The notes under the pieces: generated by a model | The model's input: only the letters and a program-made list of their open reading frames with translations | Databases searched by the model: none | What the model was told of the DNA's origin: nothing | Source of the DNA: Macrostomum lignano | Taxonomy: Eukaryota | Reading direction: 5' to 3' | Assembly (NCBI GenBank): GCA_002269645.1 | Contig: NIVC01000206.1 | Location: 372,001 to 436,000 of the forward strand | Length of the DNA stretch: 64,000 nt | Program-made: the position numbers and the translations under genes | Shown: one piece after another, positions 50,785 through 64,000 of the stretch | How positions within the stretch are numbered: position 1 is the stretch's first letter | Layout: each line of letters starts with the position of its first letter

Positions 50785-51760
50785 CTAACTTAACCAAAAC
50801 TCTAACCTAAATCCTAACTCTAACCTAAATCCGAATCCTAACCTAAATCGTAACCCCAACCTAAATACTAACACTAACACCAATCTAAACACTAACACCA
50901 ATCTAAACACTAACACCAATCTAAACACTAACACCAATCTAAACACTAACACCAATCTAAACACTAACACCAATCAAAACACTAACACCAACCTAAATCA
51001 TAACCCAAACCTAAATCCTAACACTAACCTAAACACTAACACCAATCTAAACACTAACACCAATCTAAACACTAACACCAATCTAAACACTAACACCAAT
51101 CTAAACACTAACACCAATCTAAACACTAACACCAATCTAAACACTAACACCAATCTAAACACTAACACCAATCTAAACACTAACACCAATCTAAACACTA
51201 ACACCAGTCTAAACACTAACACCAATCTAAACACTAACACCAATCTAAACACTAACACCAATCTAAACACTAACACCAATCTAAACACTAACACCAATCT
51301 AAACACTAACACCAGTCTAAACACTAACACCAATCTAAACACTAACACCAATCTAAACACTAACACCAATCTAAACACTAACACCAATCTAAACACTAAC
51401 ACCAACCTAAATCATAACCCAAACCTAAATCCTAACACTAACCTAAACACTAACACCAATCTAAACACTAACACCAATCTAAACACTAACACCAATCTAA
51501 ACACTAACACCAATCTAAACACTAACACCAATCTAAACACTAACACCAGTCTAAACACTAACACCAATCTTAACACTAACACCAACCTAAATCGTAACCC
51601 AAACCTAGATCGTAATACCAACCTAAATCATAACCCAAACCTAAATCGTAATACCAACCTAAATCATTACCCTAACCTAAATCATAACCCTAACCTAAAT
51701 CATAACCCTAACCAAAATCCTAACCCTAACCTAAATCATAACCCTAACCTAAACATGTAA
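50785..51760. repeat. 18-bp (AACACTAACACCAATCTA)n array with telomere-like TAACCCTAACCTAAATCA flanks
   Basis: Period 18; LVLVFR pseudo-ORF. Confidence 0.93.
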
Positions 51761-52407
51761 CCTGAAAATTTCTTAACTTCCCCTGTAAGACAGAAAAATG
51801 ATGTTGCGTAAAACGTTATAAGCGTAGAAGTTAAGTAAAAGATTTTATAATAAAATACTTAATCTATAAGCATATTAGCACAGCAGTTTACAGTAACATG
51901 GCTTTTCACGAAGTTTCTGCACAGTCCACCCCGCGCTTAAAATCGAGTTTTAACACACAACTACACAGTGACCTATGCACGATCAATCACAACGCCAGGA
52001 GCCATGCTTCGCTAGCTTACGTATGTAACGTACGATATTATATATACAAGGCCTATCCCTATGCGGACATGTCAAACCGTGACCCGTGGATTTGTTTGCA
52101 GACTATAGGCTGAAAAGCACTGATTCTCTTGTGTGTCCGTGTTTATCACTGTCATTTCCCACTCTCCCTGTATATAACCCAGCCTCTCTCTCTCTGGCTC
52201 TTTCACTCGGGCACTCGCTCACACACCACACAATGCTAATCCCGTCCATTCACCCAGCTTTACAGGCACCACCAACTGGAGTGTTTATAAAGCATAGCTA
52301 GATGTATTGGAGAGGCCCATTGGAGCGCGGAACTCGTGTTTATACACTGATCCTATTTTTGGCCTTCTTCAACAGGGTATCGACACTGCTAAAATATTTT
52401 TTTCAAG

Positions 52408-55400
52408 TGGGAGTAGCAATCTACCCCTATTGAGGGAGTAGCTATCTTCGGTGGGAGTAGCTGTCTACCCCTATTGAGGGAGTAGCTATCTTGGGAGTAG
52501 CTGTCTACCCCTATTGAGGGAGTAGCTATCTTCGGTGGGAGTAGCTGTCTACCCCTATTGAGGGAGTAGCTATCTTCGGTGGGAGTAGCTGTCTACCCCT
52601 ATTGAGGGAGTAGCTATCTTCGGTGGGAGTAGCTGTCTACCCCTATTGAGGGAGTAGCTATCTTGGGAGTAGCTGTCTACCCCTATTGAGGGAGTAGCTA
52701 TCTTCGGTGGGAGTAGCAATCTACACCTATTGAGGGAGTAGCTATCATCGGTGGGAGTAGCAATCTACACCTATTGAGGGAGTAGCTATCATCGGTGGGA
52801 GTAGCAATCTACACCTATTGAGGGAGTAGCTATCTTCGGTGGGAGTAGCAAGCTACACCTATTGAGGGAGTAGCTATCTTCGGTGGGAGTAGCAATCTAC
52901 ACCTATTGAGGGAGTAGCTATCTTCGGTGGGAGTAGCAATCTACACCTATTGAGGGAGTAGCTATCTTCGGTGGGAGTAGCAATCTACACCTATTGAGGG
53001 AGTAGCTATCTTCGGTGGGAGTAGCTGTCTACCCCAATTGAGGGAGTAGCTATCTTCGGTGGGAGTAGCAATCTACACCTATTGAGGGAGTAGCTATCTT
53101 CGGTGGGAGTAGCAATCTACACCTATTGAGGGAGTAGCTATCTTCGGTGGGAGTAGCAATCTACACCTATTGAGGGAGTAGCTATCTTCGGTGGGAGTAG
53201 CAATCTACACCTATTGAGGGAATAGCTATCTTCGGTGGGAGTAGCAATCTACACCTATTGAGGGAGTAGCTATCTTCGGTGGGAGTAGCAATCTACACCT
53301 ATTGAGGGAATAGCTATCTTCGGTGGGAGTAGCAATCTACACCTATTGAGGGAGTAGCTATCTTCGGTGGGAGTAGCAATCTACACCTATTGAGGGAGTA
53401 GCTATCTTCGGTGGGAGTAGCAATCTACACCTATTGAGGGAATAGCTATCTTCGGTGGGAGTAGCAATCTACACCTATTGAGGGAGTAGCTATCTTCGGT
53501 GGGAGTAGCAATCTACACCTATTGAGGGAGTAGCTATCTTCGGTGGGAGTAGCAATCTACACCTATTGAGGGAATAGCTATCTCCGGTGGGAGTAGCAAT
53601 CTACACCTATTGAGGGAATAGCTATCTTCGGTGGGAGTAGCAATCTACACCTATTGAGGGAGTAGCTATCTCCGGTGGGAGTAGCTATCTACACCTATTG
53701 AGGGAATAGCTATCTTCGGTGGGAGTAGCAATCTACACCTATTGAGGGAATAGCTATCTTCGGTGGGAGTAGCTGTCTACCCCAATTGAGGGAGTAGCTA
53801 TCTTCGGTGGGAGTAGCAATCTACACCTATTGAGGGAGTAGCTATCTTCGGTGGGAGTAGCAATCTACACCTATTGAGGGAGTAGCTATCTTCGGTGGGA
53901 GTAGCAATCTACACCTATTGAGGGAGTAGCTATCTTCGGTGGGAGTAGCAATCTACACCTATTGAGGGAGTAGCTATCTTCGGTGGGAGTAGCTGTCTAC
54001 CCCAATTGAGGGAGTAGCTATCTTCGGTGGGAGTAGCAATCTACACCTATTGAGGGAATAGCTATCTTCGGTGGGAGTAGCAATCTACACCTATTGAGGG
54101 AGTAGCTATCTTCGGTGGGAGTAGCAATCTACACCTATTGAGGGAGTAGCTATCTTCGGTGGGAGTAGCAATCTACACCTATTGAGGGAGTAGCTATCTT
54201 CGGTGGGAGTAGCAATCTACACCTATTGAGGGAGTAGCTATCTTCGGTGGGAGTAGCAATCTACACCTATTGAGGGAGTAGCTATCTTCGGTGGGAGTAG
54301 CAATCTACCATGGTACACCTATTGAGGGAGTAGCTATCTTCGGTGGGAGTAGCAATCTACACCTATTGAGGGAGTAGCTATCTTCGGTGGGAGTAGCAAT
54401 CTACACCTATTGAGGGAGTAGCTATCTTCGGTGGGAGTAGCAATCTACACCTATTGAGGGAGTAGCTATCTTCGGTGGGAGTAGCAATCTACACCTATTG
54501 AGGGAGTAGCTATCTTCAGTGGGAGTAGCAATCTACACCTATTGAGGGAGTAGCTATCTTCGGTGGGAGTAGCAATCTACACATATTGAGGGAGTAGCTA
54601 TCTTCGGTGGGAGTAGCAATCTACACCTATTGAGGGAGTAGCTATCTTCGGTGGGAGTAGCAATCTACACCTATTGAGGGAGTAGCTATCTTCGGTGGGA
54701 GTAGCAATCTACACCTATTGAGGGAGTAGCTATCTTCGGTGGGAGTAGCAAGCTACACCTATTGAGGGAGTAGCTATCTTCGGTGGGAGTAGCAATCTAC
54801 CCTATTGAGGGAGTAGCTATCTTCGGTGGGAGTAGCAATCTACCATGGTACACCTATTGAGGGAGTAGCTATCTTCGGTGGGAGTAGCAATCTACACCTA
54901 TTGAGGGAGTAGCTATCTTCGGTGGGAGTAGCAATCTACACCTATTGAGGGAGTAGCTATCTTCGGTGGGAGTAGCAATCTACACCTATTGAGGGAGTAG
55001 CTATCTTCGGTGGGAGTAGCAATCTACACCTATTGAGGGAGTAGCTATCTTCGGTGGGAGTAGCAATCTACACCTATTGAGGGAGTAGCTATCTCCGGTG
55101 GGAGTAGCAATCTACACCTATTGAGGGAGTAGCTATCTTCGGTGGGAGTAGCTGTCTACCCCTATTGAGGGAGTAGCTATCTTCGGTGGGAGTAGCAATC
55201 TACACCTATTGAGGGAGTAGCTATCTTCGGTGGGAGTAGCTGTCTACCCCAATTGAGGGAGTAGCTATCTTCGGTGGGAGTAGCAATCTACACCTATTGA
55301 GGGAGTAGCTATCTTCGGTGGGAGTAGCAATCTACACCTATTGAGGGAGTAGCTATCTTCGGTGGGAGTAGCAATCTACACCTATTGAGGGAATAGCTAT

Positions 55401-57445
55401 CTTCGGTGGGAGTAGCAATCTACACCTATTGAGGGAATAGCTATCTTCGGTGGGAGTAGCAATCTACACCTATTGAGGGAGTAGCTATCTTCGGTGGGAG
55501 TAGCAATCTACACCTATTGAGGGAATAGCTATCTCCGGTGGGAGTAGCAATCTACACCTATTGAGGGAATAGCTATCTTCGGTGGGAGTAGCAATCTACA
55601 CCTATTGAGGGAGTAGCTATCTCCGGTGGGAGTAGCTATCTACACCTATTGAGGGAGTAGCTATCTTCGGTGGGAGTAGCAATCTACACCTATTGAGGGA
55701 ATAGCTATCTTCGGTGGGAGTAGCTGTCTACCCAATTGAGGGAGTAGCTATCTTCGGTGGGAGTAGCAATCTACACCTATTGAGGGAGTAGCTATCTTCG
55801 GTGGGAGTAGCAATCTACACCTATTGAGGGAGTAGCTATCTTCGGTGGGAGTAGCAATCTACACCTATTGAGGGAGTAGCTATCTTCGGTGGGAGTAGCA
55901 ATCTACACCTATTGAGGGAGTAGCTATCTTCGGTGGGAGTAGCTGTCTACCCAATTGAGGGAGTAGCTATCTTCGGTGGGAGTAGCAATCTACACCTATT
56001 GAGGGAGTAGCTATCTTCGGTGGGAGTAGCAATCTACACCTATTGAGGGAGTAGCTATCTTCGGTGGGAGTAGCAATCTACACCTATTGAGGGAGTAGCT
56101 ATCTTCGGTGGGAGTAGCAATCTACACCTATTGAGGGAGTAGCTATCTTCGGTGGGAGTAGCAATCTACACCTATTGAGGGAGTAGCTATCTTCGGTGGG
56201 AGTAGCAATCTACACCTATTGAGGGAGTAGCTATCTTCGGTGGGAGTAGCAATCTACACCTATTGAGGGAGTAGCTATCTTCGGTGGGAGTAGCAATCTA
56301 CACCTATTGAGGGAGTAGCTATCTTCGGTGGGAGTAGCAAGCTACACCTATTGAGGGAGTAGCTATCTTCGGTGGGAGTAGCAATCTACCCCTATTGAGG
56401 GAGTAGCTATCTTCGGTGGGAGTAGCAATCTACCATGGTACACCTATTGAGGGAGTAGCTATCTTCGGTGGGAGTAGCAATCTACACCTATTGAGGGAGT
56501 AGCTATCTTCGGTGGGAGTAGCAATCTACACCTATTGAGGGAGTAGCTATCTTCGGTGGGAGTAGCAATCTACACCTATTGAGGGAGTAGCTATCTTCGG
56601 TGGGAGTAGCAATCTACACCTATTGAGGGAATAGCTATCTTCGGTGGGAGTAGCAATCTACACCTATTGAGGGAGTAGCTATCTTCGGTGGGAGTAGCAA
56701 TCTACACCTATTGAGGGAGTAGCTATCTTCGGTGGGAGTAGCAATCTACACCTATTGAGGGAGTAGCTATCTTCGGTGGGAGTAGCAATCTACACCTATT
56801 GAGGGAGTAGCTATCTTCGGTGGGAGTAGCTGTCTACACCTATTGAGGGAGTAGCTATAGCTATCTTCGGTGGGAGTAGCTGTCTACCCCTATTGAGGGA
56901 GTAGCTATAGCTATCTTCGGTGGGAGTAGCTGTCTACCCCTATTGAGGGAGTAGCTATCTTCGGTGGGAGTAGCAATCTACACCTATTGAGGGAATAGCT
57001 ATCTTCGGTGGGAGTAGCAATCTACACCTATTGAGGGAGTAGCTATCTTCGGTGGGAGTAGCAATCTACACCTATTGAGGGAGTAGCTATCTTCGGTGGG
57101 AGTAGCAATCTACACCTATTGAGGGAGTAGCTATCTTCGGTGGGAGTAGCAATCTACACCTATTGAGGGAGTAGCTATCTTCGGTGGGAGTAGCAATCTA
57201 CACCTATTGAGGGAGTAGCTATCTTCGGTGGGAGTAGCAATCTACACCTATTGAGGGAGTAGCTATCTTCGGTGGGAGTAGCTGTCTACACCTATTGAGG
57301 GAGTAGCTATAGCTATCTTTGGTGGGAGTAGCTGTCTACCCCTATTGAGGGAGTAGCTATAGCTATCTTCGGTGGGAGTAGCTGTCTACCCCTATTGAGG
57401 GAGTAGCTATAGCTATCTTCGATGGGAGTAGCTTTCTACCCCTAT
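52408..57445. repeat. 5-kb satellite of a 44-bp unit (GGGAGTAGCAATCTACACCTATTGA + GGGAGTAGCTATCTTCGGT), ~114 copies
   Basis: Period 44 (CTACAC at 53821 and 53865); the unit is a 25+19 dimer of related subunits. Confidence 0.97.
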
Positions 57446-58749
57446 TTTTCCTTTCTTTATTCTAACTCAGTGCTTTCTTTCCGCCCACTATCAGATATTA
57501 TAAATCTTATCAGTGAACTTTGTACAAAATGTTCCTAATGCATTAATTCCTTTTACTTATTTTTCCTGCAACAGAACGCGCGCCCCATCGCCTCAGACCA
57601 TGTAAGGGTCTGACTGCGCCTGGCGCCTTTCATCAGCCAGCCGGCAGATGGGTTAGGTGATAGCTAGTACACCGAGAAAAACTCGGGCTTCATTGGGAGG
57701 AAGTATAGACACCGGAACTTGCAGAAAAAGTCGGTCACTTTTAAATAACTTTTCAATTTTTCTCTCGGTTCGGTTTGCAGCCACTGAAGGCCGGCTCTTG
57801 GATGATATGGCTTGGTTTAGGGAAAATTTCCCATGTAACGAAGTTCATTCCACTGCATTTTGCAAGGGTATTCCAGACTGTAAGACATTGGCTTGGATTT
57901 TTCTGCCCCCCCCCCCCCCTATCTATCTTTCCTAGCGGCGCAGCTGTCTGTGTCCATCTTGGCCTGCAACTCTCTGCTTTTGCACGGGCAACGTGAGCTA
58001 CAGGCCGGCACAGAGTTTCAGAGGCTTGAAATACAAATAGACAATCCGATCCGTGAAGAAAATGGAAAATACAGAAAGCAGATGACATGAAAAATGTTTT
58101 GGGAATTCTCTCTCTTCATATAATCCATAGTGTGCACTACACAGGACAGCTGGAGACAAACTGAAGGACAGACAGAGAGGACACATACAGACAAACAGGA
58201 CAGACAGAGAGGACACATACAGACAAACTGAAGTAGTTTCTTGGATTGCTTTAATGTTCAGTGATTGCCGACATAAACCCGATACAACAAAGTGATTTAC
58301 GATTTACCTGGTGCAGAAAAAGACGCGGTTTCGCTGCAGGTGCGGTGTAAACTAACAAACACGTTTTGGTTTCAGATCGCTGGCCTATTCCTATAGTGAT
58401 TAGGTGGCGCACAAACTGGCATTCCCATTAATCTTGTCGTATTATAAATGGAAATGTACCGTAAAACTTTTGGCGTAGTACAGGGTTCGACCTAGAAAAT
58501 CGTTTTTCTATCTAGTCAGTCAGCCCCGCAGAAGTGCAAGGTGCAAGGTTTTACACACCTTCAGATTTCCTCGTGAAGCAAATTGCAACCCTGCATAGCA
58601 GCAGTCATGCGCTTAGGCCAAAAATTACAACTATTAGCTTATTCCTTAATTGTAGTAGTCATATATTACAACCCTCGTCATAAATATCCCCCATTGCAGT
58701 CGTAATTCTCCCACCCAACTCCCTCCAGTGCTATTCCTCTTTTCTCGTC

Positions 58750-58949
58750 ACTTCCTGAGAAACTGCATCTGGGGAACCGTGGGGCGGGCTGGTCAGGAAG
58801 GGGTTGCCGGACTCTGGCATTGTGAGAACTGAAAGACGGTTACTAACCACCTCTTTCAGCACACCTTGATCAGTTCTCCACTGAGGAAGGGAAAGGGGGA
58901 GGGGATTCGGTTTTGGGAGCGGGTTGCGTTGCGTTGCTTTCAGATTGGC

Positions 58950-58950
<1 letters not shown>
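58750..58950 (+). promoter_or_regulatory. Candidate promoter region of the PCBP gene
   Basis: ETS-like ACTTCCTG (58750), GC box GGGGCGGG (58781) and inverted CCAAT (58944), 350-550 nt upstream of the ATG and followed by (CT)n. Motif-only evidence. Confidence 0.35.
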
Positions 58951-58998
<48 letters not shown>

Positions 58999-59289
58999 GA
59001 AGCGCAGAAGACGGGAAAGAGAAAGAGAGGTAGAAAGAGAGCAAAGCAGAGATTCGCACACTACAAGCAATATTATTCCCTCCTTCCCTGCTTCTTTCGC
59101 GCCCCGAATTTTTTTTATTTCTCTGTTAAAGAAAAAAAGAAAAATTCTGCAACAAGCCTCGAAATTTCCCAATTTAAAGCAGCAGACGGCAGCGGCAGTT
59201 CGAAGACAGCAACAGTCAAGTTTGACCTCTAAGAAAGAATTTCAATTCCATAAAAGGAGAAATACTCAACAGTCGCGCTGGCTCAGCTG

Positions 59290-63475
<4,186 letters not shown>

Positions 63476-63925
63476 GTATTAGCGACGTGTCCGCTATTTT
63501 ATTGTCCTCTGACGTCATGCGAAACCCCTACTGCATGGGACCCAGCTCGCTGGAGAGAGAGAGAGAGAGTTTATCCGTTCAAATCGGGATTAAGCGCCTC
63601 TATGAATCGATCCCAACGGGGCGGAGACGCTTTTAAGAAAACTGTTTTCTTAACAAACAAGCCAGTTTCATCAAGCCGGCTGGTCGCATATATAGCCTTC
63701 TTGGAAAGTGAACTACAGTACCTCAGTAGCTACTCTACCGTTATTCGTTCCACTATATTCGAAGTTAAAGCAAGTTCAAGAAATTTTGTACCTTTTTTTT
63801 AAAGAAATATCTTTTTAAGAAATGAGGGCGAATATTCGAGCTTTAACTTCGTTTGACACTTATCTGTAAGCAATAGAGGAATGTCTATTCGAATGAAAAT
63901 GTCTATTAGACAAATCTCTCTCAGA

Positions 63926-64000
63926 CAGGCGCGTCGCCACCGGGGGGGGGGGCAGAGGGGACAAGAGGAAAAGTTATGGGGGGGGACATGCCAATGCTTT
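63926..64000. mobile_element. Terminus of a second copy of the CAGGGGCGTCGCCA element family, in PCBP intron 6 (truncated by the window edge)
   Basis: CAGGCGCGTCGCCACCGGGGGGGGGGGCAGAGGGGACAAG...ATGGGGGGGACATGCCAATGCTTT matches the reverse complement of ~23244-23322. Confidence 0.8.

Noticed and set aside
50785-51760. True telomere
   Set aside because: Internal position, degenerate 18-bp period and unique DNA on both sides.
52408-57445. CRISPR-like regular array (also 11781-12412 with its palindromic 30-bp unit)
   Set aside because: Units are contiguous with no unique spacers, there are no cas genes, and the context is eukaryotic.
57560-57640. Hammerhead ribozyme (minus-strand CUGAUGA at 57630-57636 with nearby hairpins)
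   Set aside because: No stem II closed by GAAA at the required position; other CTGA(T/C)GA hits (29767, 43183, 47821) also lack the core.

Overview
Animal (invertebrate) nuclear DNA, not prokaryotic: GC-rich exons, GT-AG introns and AT-rich, repeat-saturated non-coding DNA. The compositional style is reminiscent of a free-living flatworm, but that is a low-confidence inference. I could reconstruct four protein-coding genes by hand. Three are co-oriented on the minus strand in the first 13 kb: a complete 4-exon class I (Fe-S) fumarate hydratase with a mitochondrial-type presequence (8313-13020), a complete 4-exon DCAF7/WDR68 (4366-6841), and the first coding exon of a GABA-B receptor subunit 1-like GPCR (468-1144, continuing off the left edge). 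On the plus strand, the first six coding exons of a poly(rC)-binding KH protein (PCBP/hnRNP E family; 59290-63475) continue off the right edge and include 24-nt and 33-nt micro-exons. The 46 kb between them holds no recognisable host gene. It contains a hAT transposase relic, TIR-bounded MITE-like elements carrying internal tandem arrays, foldback palindromes, a SINE-like fragment, microsatellites, many minisatellites and a 5-kb 44-bp satellite with higher-order structure. A deleted mariner with intact TIRs and TA duplication lies at 2917-3678. Most long ORFs in the track are repeat artefacts. The best leads are: the class I fumarase in an animal; orphan splice acceptors just upstream of two start codons in a co-oriented cluster (possible trans-spliced operon); a sharply bounded ~4-kb CpG desert with one-sided GC-to-AT decay of an inverted repeat; and a different tandem array in nearly every large intron. 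No CRISPR array or clearly novel protein system was found.
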